From the NCBI GenBank assembly GCA_039586365.1, contig JBDHKN010000016.1, positions 1 to 64,000 of the forward strand: a stretch of DNA of 64,000 bases. Reading direction: 5' to 3'. This DNA comes from Gemmatimonadota bacterium (GTDB lineage Bacteria; Gemmatimonadota; Gemmatimonadetes; Gemmatimonadales; GWC2-71-9). Position 1 is the first letter of the stretch. Every line of letters begins with the position of its first letter. A program made the translations under genes and the position numbers. Of the stretch, positions 1 through 10,300 are shown one piece after another. The notes under the pieces were generated by a model. That model worked only from the letters and a program-made list of their open reading frames with translations, was not told where the DNA came from and did not search any database.

Positions 1-1
1 G

Positions 2-709
2 TACGAGTACGAGCTCGAAGCGGTAGGAGACTACGTATTCAAACGGCACAACTCGCAGGGCGAGGCATACTTCTCATTGATCGCTGCGGGAGACAACGCG
101 CACTATCCCCATTACCACGCGTCACAGAGCCAGCTGGAGGACGGGGACTTGGTCTTGTGGGATTGGGCGCCCGACTACAAGTACTACACTTCTGACGTGA
201 CCCGGATGTTTCCAGCCAACGGCACCTTCAACGACGAACAACGAGAACTCTATACGATCTATCTCCGATTGTATCGAGCACTCATGACCTCAATCCGACC
301 GTATGCGACTCCCGCCGAAATCGTCGCAGATGCGGTCGAGAAGATGGAAGCGATCGTCGATTCCTATCAGTTTACGAACTCCAAGATCCGCGCAGCGGCG
401 GATAGTTTCGTCGAAATGTATCGCAGCGGGAGTGGGCAGCAGCGATTGGGACATTGGGTGGGCATGGAGGTGCACGACGTGGACGTACCGTTCGATGTAA
501 TGCAGCCGGGGATGGTGTTCACTATCGAGCCGGCGCTCCGGATCCCGGAAGACAAGGTCTACATTCGCTGTGAGGACGTCATCCTGATTACCGAGACAGG
601 TTACGAAAACCTCTCGGAGTTCGTGCCCATCGAGATCGAGGATATCGAGCAACTGATGGCCGAGGAGGGATTTGCAGAACTGCTCCGGAAGCAGCGCTCT
701 ACGACGTGA
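2..709 (+). CDS. Xaa-Pro aminopeptidase (M24 family), 5' part outside window
   Basis: Frame open from base 2; M24 metal-site motifs [29 protein letters not shown]. Confidence 0.9.
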   Translation, partial: YEYELEAVGDYVFKRHNSQGEAYFSLIAAGDNAHYPHYHASQSQLEDGDLVLWDWAPDYKYYTSDVTRMFPANGTFNDEQRELYTIYLRLYRALMTSIRPYATPAEIVADAVEKMEAIVDSYQFTNSKIRAAADSFVEMYRSGSGQQRLGHWVGMEVHDVDVPFDVMQPGMVFTIEPALRIPEDKVYIRCEDVILITETGYENLSEFVPIEIEDIEQLMAEEGFAELLRKQRSTT

Positions 710-744
710 GTTGGCCCGCGGACAATCCGGCTGCCTCTCCGAGT

Positions 745-2943
745 CTACAGTCTTGCGAGGTACGTCAGTTTTGCCACCAATCCTCTGTTCGACAGGTCCC
801 AGAGCTCGTCCGCTACCCCTCGCCTTTCGGTCAGCACGATGAACAGATCGCTGCCCGGCCGGTGGATGAAGTTCAGCCGGAGGTTGGCAGAGAAGTTGTT
901 ATCCAGGCTGTTGTACTGGAGGAGGGCGTTTGTGGTGAGCTTGGTGGAAAAGGCGTAGCCGAATCTGAGCGAGGTGATGTTGGCCGTGAACTCACCGTTG
1001 GGCACTTCGACCCGGTTCCATTCGTGGGCCAATTCCATCGACACCTGTGGGCTCGGCGACACCGAAACGCTGGGCTCTATCGACCAGTGGGTTCCCCCAT
1101 AGAACTGCTGCCAGCCGCCGTGCAGCTCACCCACCACGGCCCGATGGCGGCTGCTGTTGAGGAAGAACCGAATCTCGGAGGCATCGTACCGTCCGATTTC
1201 GATGGGGATTGAATCGGCCAACACGAAGGTCTCGTCCAATTGAGTCTCCCCTATGGCGAGTCTGGTACCGAAGCTCTCCCCCGACTCGAACTCCGGGTCG
1301 AAGAAGACACTTGCCTCCCAGTCCTGCATCGTTCCGTCCGTGGTGGAGATGTATTCCCCCTCTATGCGGGTCTCGGCGACCCGGATCCCCCAGCGTCCCG
1401 GTCGGGGGGAGAGACGGAACTCGGCACTGGTTTGGCGGATGTCGGTCCGGGTGATGAAGCCGAGGTCAGCCCGGGCGTCAGGTCCGATGGTAAGGTGCTC
1501 GATGGATGCCCCCACGAGGTCCGTCGAGTAATCCGCAGCTACTGAAAAGGTGTGGTCCTCCCCTCCGTCCCCGCTCGTGAAGCTCCGGGTGTAGAAACCC
1601 GTCACGTTCAGGGTTGGTCGGAGCCAGAATGAGCCGTCCACCGCCGCTACCGTGTTCGACCCATCGCCGTTCCGCCGGTCCGTGACCATGAAACCGAGGA
1701 AGTTGTTCTCCCCGATGTCCCGTTTCATTCGAGCCACGGAGTAGCTGGTTCTGGGCGTCTCCCCGGACTCCACGGTGATGACGTTCATGAACCCCACCGT
1801 CTGGTCCCCGACCCGGCCGGTGAGGCGGGCACCTCCGAGGATGGGTATCTCCCCGTCGGCTCCGATCCCGATGCGGCGGGAGAAGAAGAGCTGGTAGGGT
1901 GGAGGACCGAATCCGCCACCGAATCCCACATCGAAGATCCCGGCGTTCTCGAGGAAGAAGTCCCGCTTCTCTGGATAGAAGAGGGAGAAGCGAGTGAGGT
2001 TCACTTGCTCGTCGTCCACCTCGACCTGGGCGAAGTCGGTGTTCAGCGTCAGGTCCAGGACCAGCCCCGGTAGCAGCTCCGACTTCAGGTCCAGCCCGAT
2101 ATCTGTCTGACCTTGGACCGGCGTCTGTCCGAGAGTATCGAGCTCCTGCCTAGCCCCTCCCAGAATGAAGGGCTTCACCTCCACGTTGATCCCGTACCTT
2201 GGGAGGTCCTCCATTCCAACCAGGTGCCCGGCCCGGCTCACGCGCTGGAAGCCCTCGTTGTCCCGAGACCAGGATTGCCACAGAGCCATCTCGTTCTTAC
2301 GCCGGATGATCCTGAACACGTTGAAGCCCCAGGGCTCTCCTTCCCCTTCTTCCGGGTACCTCAGCGTACGAAGTGGAATGGCGAACTCTGCCGACCACCC
2401 CTCGCCGTTCCGGGCGGCCCCCACCTCCCATACCGCCCGCCAGTCCACATTGACCTCGCTCCCCTCATCGGTGATGAGGGCCTCGAACTCCGCACCGTTC
2501 GGGTTCGTGGCGAAGACGAACGCGTTGCGGCTGTCGTGGAAGGTGTCGAACAGGATGGCCACGGCATCGTCGCCGGCGAACTGGAGCCCGCCGTGCTCAT
2601 TCTCCATGACCCGGTCTCTCCCGAGAATCCGGCTCACCACTCGATCCGGCTCCCGATCGAAGGCCATCACCGCCACGTAGATGTTCTCGCCGTCGACTGC
2701 GACCCTGACCTCCGTGTCTTCCGTGGCGGAGGCTCCTTCGTCGGGTTCCTGCTGACTGAAGCCCCGGATGACGGCGGCCTGCTGCCAGAATGCTTCTGTG
2801 AGCAGGCCGTCCAGGTGCAGGGTTTCCGCCTGGTCAGGGGTCAGTCGCAGGGCCCGGATCTCGTCGGCTCCAGGTTGCTGACCCGACAAGAAGCCTGTGG
2901 CGCACGCACTCACTAGAAGAAGAGCGATCGGCGTTTGTCTCAT
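745..2943 (-). CDS. Secreted CBM9-like/DUF5916 outer-membrane protein
   Basis: Signal peptide; DGLLTE..W N-terminal CBM9-like domain; NTDFAQVEVDD..NLTRFSLFYPEKRDFFLE motif; beta-strand-rich C-terminus. Confidence 0.85.
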   Translation of the reverse strand: MRQTPIALLLVSACATGFLSGQQPGADEIRALRLTPDQAETLHLDGLLTEAFWQQAAVIRGFSQQEPDEGASATEDTEVRVAVDGENIYVAVMAFDREPDRVVSRILGRDRVMENEHGGLQFAGDDAVAILFDTFHDSRNAFVFATNPNGAEFEALITDEGSEVNVDWRAVWEVGAARNGEGWSAEFAIPLRTLRYPEEGEGEPWGFNVFRIIRRKNEMALWQSWSRDNEGFQRVSRAGHLVGMEDLPRYGINVEVKPFILGGARQELDTLGQTPVQGQTDIGLDLKSELLPGLVLDLTLNTDFAQVEVDDEQVNLTRFSLFYPEKRDFFLENAGIFDVGFGGGFGPPPYQLFFSRRIGIGADGEIPILGGARLTGRVGDQTVGFMNVITVESGETPRTSYSVARMKRDIGENNFLGFMVTDRRNGDGSNTVAAVDGSFWLRPTLNVTGFYTRSFTSGDGGEDHTFSVAADYSTDLVGASIEHLTIGPDARADLGFITRTDIRQTSAEFRLSPRPGRWGIRVAETRIEGEYISTTDGTMQDWEASVFFDPEFESGESFGTRLAIGETQLDETFVLADSIPIEIGRYDASEIRFFLNSSRHRAVVGELHGGWQQFYGGTHWSIEPSVSVSPSPQVSMELAHEWNRVEVPNGEFTANITSLRFGYAFSTKLTTNALLQYNSLDNNFSANLRLNFIHRPGSDLFIVLTERRGVADELWDLSNRGLVAKLTYLARL

Positions 2944-3116
2944 GGTTCTCCTGGGGGCAGTCGGCGCGCAGGTGCAAGCTACCTCTACAGTGCCTACGAT
3001 CTAGCGGGCCTCGTTGTTGAAGTGCAGAGTGTCAGAGAACTGTAAGAGATGAGGGTACCGGACGGAGGGGGTAGCGGCGAGGTGAGGCCGATTCTGATCT
3101 GGCGATGGCCTCCGCT

Positions 3117-5069
3117 CTATCGAGCCTTCTTCCCCTTCTTCCGTTTATCCTTGGTGGACTTCAGGTCGAGCTTGGCAATCCCACATCCTGGCGACGTGTA
3201 GCTGATGTTGGCCCAATCCTCTGTTAGTTCGAGTGCCGGCCAGGTAGGCGCATCGTGTCCCCAATGATCCTCCATCGACTGGATTATGAGGTCGAGGAGC
3301 CGCACTGTCTCCAGAATGTGGGGCCCCTTGTTCAACATCACGCATTCCGTCCGCTGCGCCATCACGACGTCCGCGATCTCAGCCCTCGACGGAGTGCCCT
3401 GCTTGGCGAGGTTTTCCAGCACCTGTGTTGCCCAGACTATAGGAATGTGAGCTGCCTCGCACATCCACATGATCTCTTCCTGGATCTTAGCGAGGTTCTT
3501 CCAACCGGCCTCAACCGCCAAGTCACCACGCGCGATCATCACACCGACTGGTCTGTGTTTGAGAGCTTCGAGGAGAATGAGCGGAAGGTTGTGGAACCCG
3601 CTCATCGTCTCGATCTTGACGATGACACCGAGCTTGTCTGCACCTAGGCGGTCTAGTTCCCAGAGCAGGTCGCGTACGTCCTCACGCCGGTTGACGAACG
3701 AGAGATTCACGATGTCAGCGTGCTGGACGACGAATTTGAGATCTTCTTTGTCCTTCTGTGTCAACCCGCTCAGACCCAAGCGACTGCGAGGGAAGTTGAC
3801 TCCCTTGTCGGACCTGAGCCGGGCAGCCCCTCCACGAGCGTAGCTGATTGCGACGGCGATTCTGTCCTCGTCAACCGACTTGATGACACCATCGATCCTG
3901 CCGTCGTCGAAGGATACCGGCTCACCAACGGCCACTTCGCCGAAGACCTCTGGAAGTGTGCAAGGAAGGAAAGCCGGTGCGACGGTCCTGCCGGAAGCGT
4001 CCTGTTCCGCAGGAGCACCGGGGTTCTGATCCCGTGTGAGAATCAGCGTGTCGCCGCGCGCGAGGATGATGGCCTGCTCGGTCGCGGGAAGATCGCCGAC
4101 AGTCCCGTGGCGGATCGCCGGTTCGGCGTCCGCACGCTCCAGCTCCAGTTGTGTGCCGCTCAATATGTACGCGGACTTGTCACAGTTGGCCCACGCAACG
4201 TCGTCATCAATGCTCTCTACGGTGAGGGTGCACCTCTTGTCTCTCGTGTCCTGGAAAGACACGGTGTCCCCTTCCCGCAGCTGTCGGTTCCAGTCTTCGG
4301 CTACGGGGAGGAACGTCCAGTCGCCATCGCTCGTCGTCGCGCGTTCCTGAGGTCCCAGTGCTACTCGTGGGCAATGCACGATTCTCCCGAGAACGTCGCG
4401 TCTGGGTCTGAGACGAACGACGCACGGTCCAGGCTGAATCGCGCCGGTGCGCAGCTTCGGGCCCGCGAGGTCCATGGCAATCTTGCAGTTGCGACCTGTC
4501 CTCGCTCGTGCCTTGGCGACGTTGGCGATCATCCGCTCCCATACCCCGGGTCCGTCATGGGCGCAGTTGATGCGGGCGACACTCATCCCTGTCGTCACCA
4601 GATCATGCACGAGATCCTGGTCGCTCGCCGCCTCGGAGGCGAGCGTCACCATTATCCTGGTGACGGAACCCTTGAGCTTCTTGCCTAACAGCCGGTTGGT
4701 GTTCTTCCGGATCTGCTTGTGACCCTTGTCGGCGGAAATGAGCACCTTGCGATTGCGGTAGGCTGTACCCTTCAAGCCGTGAAGCACCTTGGAGACCGAC
4801 TCCAGGCCTGCAAGTGCATGACTCTCCGTACCCACCAGTGTTGACACGCCCAGCCCATGGAGGGATTCCTGTAGAGCACGCAGATCGTGGTTTCTTATCC
4901 CCAGGTAGTGCGCGAGATTGACGGCACTGACCTGGTTCTTGGCATGCGCGTTCTCGATCTCGGTCCTGTATCTCTCCGTGTACTCTTTCGCCGAGTCGCG
5001 CAGGCGACTGACCTGGTCGATCAGCTCATTGATTTCCCTATTGGCGGTCATCGTAGTGGGGCGGAACAT
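3117..5069 (-). CDS. pyk: Pyruvate kinase (long form with expanded B domain)
   Basis: RINCAH, DLAGPKLRTG, KIET, MIARGDL, ATQVLE, SRAE, MLNKG motifs. Confidence 0.92.
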   Translation of the reverse strand: MFRPTTMTANREINELIDQVSRLRDSAKEYTERYRTEIENAHAKNQVSAVNLAHYLGIRNHDLRALQESLHGLGVSTLVGTESHALAGLESVSKVLHGLKGTAYRNRKVLISADKGHKQIRKNTNRLLGKKLKGSVTRIMVTLASEAASDQDLVHDLVTTGMSVARINCAHDGPGVWERMIANVAKARARTGRNCKIAMDLAGPKLRTGAIQPGPCVVRLRPRRDVLGRIVHCPRVALGPQERATTSDGDWTFLPVAEDWNRQLREGDTVSFQDTRDKRCTLTVESIDDDVAWANCDKSAYILSGTQLELERADAEPAIRHGTVGDLPATEQAIILARGDTLILTRDQNPGAPAEQDASGRTVAPAFLPCTLPEVFGEVAVGEPVSFDDGRIDGVIKSVDEDRIAVAISYARGGAARLRSDKGVNFPRSRLGLSGLTQKDKEDLKFVVQHADIVNLSFVNRREDVRDLLWELDRLGADKLGVIVKIETMSGFHNLPLILLEALKHRPVGVMIARGDLAVEAGWKNLAKIQEEIMWMCEAAHIPIVWATQVLENLAKQGTPSRAEIADVVMAQRTECVMLNKGPHILETVRLLDLIIQSMEDHWGHDAPTWPALELTEDWANISYTSPGCGIAKLDLKSTKDKRKKGKKAR

Positions 5070-5099
5070 GGCGTGGGAACCCGTGGCAGAGCCATTAGC

Positions 5100-5680
5100 T
5101 TACCGAGTCGCGGCGCGGACCAGGGTTCCGGATTCCGACATCTCCAGATCCTCTAGGTCGCGATGTGGAGTGGACTGGTGCAAGGCCCACAACTGTGCGG
5201 CCGAGTCCTCGGTCCACGCATCACCTCGGATCTTACCAGAGGCGCGATCGAGTGCCTCTGCAGAGGCAGGTCGGTCGCTGGGATCCTTGGCCAGCAACTG
5301 TAAGATCAGCCGATCCAGTTCTGCCGGAATCGCAAACGGACTCCTGTCGGACCGAGATCCGGGCAGCTCACTCAAGTGCTGGACTATCATGTCCATCGGA
5401 GTATCACCCTCAAATACCAGCTCACTCGTCAGCATCCAGTAGGCCACACAGCCCAAGCTATAGAGATCCGCCGCTCCCGTGAAGTCCTTCTTGCCCGAGG
5501 CAATCTCAGGAGCAACATGGCCGGGCTTGCAGGGAGCGAACCCTTCTCGGGTGAGATTCACATCCTCTAGCAAGTCCCGAGTTCCTGCGCCTTCGTGGCC
5601 TCCGAACCGAGCCGGTGTACGGTACGGGACACGAACGGCACCAGGATCACCACAACGATGTTCGGAAGGAAACGCGCCAC
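5100..5680 (-). pseudogene. Internally deleted Ser/Thr protein kinase remnant
   Basis: C-lobe (PGHVAPE, ADLYSLGCVAYWML, LAKDPSDRP) in one frame; a TM/juxtamembrane piece VARFLPNIVVVILVPFVSRTVHRLGSEATKAQELG* in another frame (5680-5567); subdomains I-VII absent. Confidence 0.75.
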
Positions 5681-5820
5681 GGGGCCTCCTGCGTAAAGAG
5701 TTCCACGGCGCAGTTTTGAGTTGGCTTTTCTGCGGCATGAAGCCTGAACCTACCTCGTGCGTGGGCGCGTCGTAGTCCTCCCGTAGCGCTCCGCTGAGAG
5801 TAAGTAAGGTCGGTAAGTCA

Positions 5821-5839
5821 CCGGGGAAAAACTCCCCGG
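5821..5839. promoter_or_regulatory. Inverted repeat CCGGGGA-N5-TCCCCGG, candidate enhancer (bEBP) site
   Basis: Perfect 7-bp arms about 150 bp upstream of a sigma54-like element. Confidence 0.4.
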
Positions 5840-5990
5840 CGATACGAAACCGGCCGCTTTCTGCTCGCCGCCTGACCCCGCCCTCAGCGTGACTCCGTAA
5901 TCGATAGGGACATCGTAACATCCAAGAGAACAGAGACTTACATGCCCGAACCAGCACTGTCACCAGCAGCGCGCTGAACGCTGAACCGGT

Positions 5991-6005
5991 TAGCACGGCC
6001 CTTGC
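5991..6005 (+). promoter_or_regulatory. Candidate sigma54 (-24/-12) promoter
   Basis: TAGCACGGCCCTTGC versus consensus TGGCACG-N4-TTGC (one mismatch, at a normally conserved G); locus encodes a sigma54 activator. Confidence 0.45.
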
Positions 6006-6042
6006 CTTTGAGGGCGGCGCAACCAAATGGCTGGGGGATACT

Positions 6043-6339
6043 GTGCCAACGCAGAGCATCGTGAAGCAGGGCTTGTGTTCGACTTGTGTCAACGCCGCGA
6101 CCTGCATGTACCTGAAGTCCCGTCGGCATCCGGTACATCAATGCGAGCAATTCGACGACTACGTGCCGCCGCTCAGCGTACGGAAGGCCAATCCGACAAT
6201 CGCGAAACCCGGCAATGAGCCGGTGGTCTCGCTGCGACCCAACGGCCGATTGGGACTATGCAGCACCTGCGAGGCGTGGGAGGCCTGCGCCTTTCGCCAA
6301 CCTGAGGGAGGCGTCTGGCACTGCGACGAATACCACTAG
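6043..6339 (+). CDS. Small protein with two GLCxxC-x5-C..C repeats (metal-binding)
   Basis: GLCSTC occurs twice, 8 Cys; GGGGGA RBS; first gene of the operon. Confidence 0.75.
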   Translation: MPTQSIVKQGLCSTCVNAATCMYLKSRRHPVHQCEQFDDYVPPLSVRKANPTIAKPGNEPVVSLRPNGRLGLCSTCEAWEACAFRQPEGGVWHCDEYH

Positions 6340-6381
6340 GTCGCGTATTGCTCGAATCGCACAACGGAGAGGCATGTCAAC

Positions 6382-7233
6382 ATGAGTGTTCGGATGAACC
6401 CGGAGGAAGTGTTCCGGATCGTCGATAGGCACAACGGTAGGGAAGGCGCCGTCATTTCAATTCTCGAAGACATTCAGGCCCAATACAATCACCTGCCGGA
6501 GGTGGCCCTCAAGATCGTCGCGAACAGAACAGGCCGTTCGCTCGTTGATGTGTTCGGTGTTGCGACGTTCTACCGGGGATTCAGTTTGAAGCCCCGGGGC
6601 AAGCACCTCGTGTCGGTTTGCATGGGTACCGCCTGTCACGTGCGCGGATCACCGCAGCTTCTCAAGGCCTTCGAAGGGCAGCTTAAAGTAAGGGCGGGTG
6701 GTACTAGTGATGGTGGGGAGTTTTCTCTATCGACAGTGAACTGTCTCGGTGCATGCGCGCTTGGGCCGGTCGCGGTCGTGGATGGCGAGTATTACAGGAC
6801 TGTCAAGGATCGCGACGTCCCGGGTGTCCTCGAACGCTCTGCGCGAATCAACGGCGCCCTTAGCCTGAGCGACGACGAGCGGGTGTTCGGGGTGAATGTG
6901 TCGTGTCCGAGCTGTAACCGCAGCCTGATGACTCGAGAGCACCTGCTCGAGGGTCATCCTATGATCCGTGTGACAGCCTCCTTCGGCCGCAAACACGGCT
7001 GGATGAGGTTGAGCAGCCTGTACGGTGACTACCGGATAGAGAGTGAGTACGACATTCCAGACGGCGCGGTTGTCCATTTCTTCTGTCCCCGTTGTCATGC
7101 AGAACTCAGATCCACCCGACTCTGCCCGAACTGCGATGCCCCGATGATCATCCTGCTCGTGCGAGGCGGCGGAACTGTGCAACTCTGTTCGCGTCGCGGG
7201 TGCAAGGAACACATGCTGGATCTGGGCGTGTGA
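6382..7233 (+). CDS. NuoE/HydC-like [2Fe-2S] subunit with C-terminal zinc-ribbon extension
   Basis: VATFY, CMGTACHVRG, NCLGACALGP; extra CPSC, CPRC, CPNC, CSRRGC. Confidence 0.88.
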   Translation: MSVRMNPEEVFRIVDRHNGREGAVISILEDIQAQYNHLPEVALKIVANRTGRSLVDVFGVATFYRGFSLKPRGKHLVSVCMGTACHVRGSPQLLKAFEGQLKVRAGGTSDGGEFSLSTVNCLGACALGPVAVVDGEYYRTVKDRDVPGVLERSARINGALSLSDDERVFGVNVSCPSCNRSLMTREHLLEGHPMIRVTASFGRKHGWMRLSSLYGDYRIESEYDIPDGAVVHFFCPRCHAELRSTRLCPNCDAPMIILLVRGGGTVQLCSRRGCKEHMLDLGV

Positions 7234-7303
7234 TGGACCAGCAGCGGTTGGCGACTTTGGCGTCCTGAAAACGAACGTAAACAGAAACCATTGACGACGC
7301 ACT

Positions 7304-10300
7304 ATGCCGAGACTCAGTACGATTGGAGAACTAGAGCAGCTACGCCGGCGCATACGCGACCGCGTGGGTCAGCAAAGACCATGTGTCACAGTCTGTGCTG
7401 GCACCGCCTGTCAGGCTAGCGGAGCCAACGACGTTCAGCGCGTCATCAAGCGACATCTCATCGAGAGAGACCTCGTTGACCAGGTGTTGCTGCGCGTAAC
7501 GGGATGCCATGGGTTTTGCGAGATGGGCCCCTTCGTGGTTCAGGAGCCGCAAGACGCTTTCTATCCAAAGATCACTACGAAAGACGTGCCGGCAATCGTC
7601 GACGCAGCCGTCTTGGGTGAGACCCTCCCGGATCTTCTCTATCGCGATCCAATCACTGACGTTCCCTGCCAATGTTTGGATGACATCCGCTTCTTCGCAG
7701 GACAGCAACGCACATTGCTCGGGCGAAACCAACGCCTGGATCCAATCAGGTTGTTCGGTTATCTCGCCGAGGGCGGGTACGAAGCGCTGGCGCGGGTTCT
7801 GGAGCGGTACACACCTGAACAGATAATCGACGAGGTAAAACGTTCAGGGCTGCGGGGGCGTGGCGGGGCGGGTTTCCCCACCGCTGAAAAGTGGGACGTG
7901 GCACGGCGTCAGGAGAGCGGAGAGAAGTACGTCGTCTGCAATGCCGACGAGGGAGACCCGGGAGCCTACATGGATCGCAGTATCCTTGAAGGCAATCCTC
8001 ACAGCGTCATCGAGGGGATGATCATCGGCGGGCTCGCTATGGGTGCCAGCGAGGGTTTCGTGTTCGTAAGACATGAGTATCCCCTCGCAATCAAACACCT
8101 GTTGATTGCGCTCCGCTTGGCTCGCGAGTACGGCCTCCTCGGAGAAGACATACTTGGCACCGGCCGCGACTTCGACATCAACATTGTGAAGAGTGCCGGT
8201 GCCTTCGTGTGCGGTGAGGAAACAGCTCTCATTCGCACCATCGAGGGTGCTGTGGGTGAGCCACGGCAGCGACCCCCTTTCCCAACAGAGAGTGGCATCA
8301 ATGGCAAGCCCACATGCATCAACAATGTGGAGACGTGGGCGAACATTCCAATCGTCATCGCTAGGGGGGGTGACGAATTTGCCCGTATTGGGACCCCTAC
8401 CAGCACGGGTACGAAGGTCTTTTCAGTTGTTGGAAAGATCAGGAACACGGGCTTGGTGGAAGTGCCGATGGGTACCTCCATCAAGGAAATCGTATACGAC
8501 ATTGGCGGCGGCCCACTCGAGGGCAGCAGGATCAAGGCTATTCAGATAGGGGGGCCGTCCGGCGGGTGCATCCCGCATTGGCGGTTCGACCTCCCGATCG
8601 ACTACGACAGCCTGAAGGAGGCCGGCGCCATGATGGGTTCGGGCGGCATGATCGTCATGGACGATAAGACCTGCATGGTGGATGTCGCCAAATACTTCAT
8701 GGGTTTCCTCAAGGACGAGTCATGTGGCAAGTGCTTCACGTGTCGCAAGGGAACGCAGCGGCTGTGGGAGCTGCTGGACGACATCACCGAGGGGCGGGGT
8801 ACCTTGGCACACCTCGATCTCCTGGAAGCGCTAGGCCAGACAGTCACGGACTCCACGATGTGTGGCCTGGGGCAGTCAGCGGCCAATCCAGTACTGAGTA
8901 CGCTCCGCTATTTCCGTGGTGAATACGAGCGACACGTAATCGACAAACGATGTGATGCTCAGGTCTGCAGGGGACTCACGGGTGCACCGTGCCAGGCTGC
9001 CTGTCCGGTTGGGACAGAAGCTTGGCGGTACGCCGCTCTCATCGCCCGAGGCGAGTACGAGGAAGCGTACAGGGCCATACGTGAACCTAATCCATTCCCG
9101 TCGGTGTGCGCACGCGTGTGCGACCACAAATGTGAAGAGCGCTGCCGTCTCGGCGCATCGGGAGAGGACCCACTAGCACTCCGCGCTCTGAAGCGCTTCA
9201 TAACCGACACTGTCGATCCGCGCCTATACCAAGCTGAGAGGTATGCCAATCCGGTTTTGGCAGGCAAGAAGGTGGCGATTGTGGGCGCCGGTCCGGCCGG
9301 ACTCACAACGGCACACCATCTATCGCTGCAGGGTGTCAAGACAACGGTCTTCGAGGCCGAGGACCGTGCGGGGGGGATGCTGGTGTCCGGCATACCGGGT
9401 TTCCGGCTCCCGCGGGACGTCTTGAACAAAGAAATCGATGCGTTGATCGACGAGAACGTCACGCTCAGCTGTGGGACAGCGTTGGGTCGCGATTTCACGA
9501 TCGACAGCCTGTTTGCATCTGGCTTTGATGCGGTGTTCCTGGCACTGGGGGCGCACAGGAGCCGGCGCATGAACATCGATGGAGAGGACTTGACTGGGGT
9601 CTATCCCTCTATCGAGTTCCTCAAATCGTGGAACTTGCGGGGCGAGGTACTTGCCAAGGGTAGGGTGGGAGTCATCGGAGGGGGGAACTCTGCGATTGAT
9701 GCCGCTCGTGTCGCCGTCCGCCAGGAGGGGGTGAGCGAGGTAACGATCTTCTACCGTCGCACTCGCCATGAGATGCCGGCGTTTGCGGAGGAGATCGAGG
9801 GCGCCCTCGAGGAAGGTGTGAAACTGGAACTGCTTACCTCACCTGTGACTGTGCACGGTGAGGACGGACGCATGACCACCGTCGAATTCATCGTTAACGA
9901 GCTGGGTGACGTGGACACCAGTGGTCGCCGCAGACCGGTTCCCAAGGCTGGATCGGAGAAGCGGGTGCCGCTCGACACACTCGTTGTGGCGATCGGAGAG
10001 CAATCGGTAGACGACGGTGCCGACGTGACCGAAGGGATTCATGTGAAGAATGGGGCGGTGGTCGTGGACAAGCGCACGCTGGAGACGGGTAGGCCGGGTG
10101 TGTTTGCAGGCGGCGATTTCGCAACCGGCCCGAACACCGTCATCGACGCGATTGCTGCCGGCAGGCGTGCGGCCGCCGTGATTGAGAGATATCTGCAGGG
10201 AGAGAGCCTGGTCGCGCCAGTCGAGCCGCTTCTCCCGACAGCATATGTCGAACCGGTCGCAAGTAGCGGAGCAGCGGACGACCGGATAGGGAGAGTGGAG

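Noticed and set aside
5100..6107. 335-aa ORF as a real gene
   Set aside because: Only the last ~150 aa are kinase-like; the rest crosses the divergent promoter and a real gene
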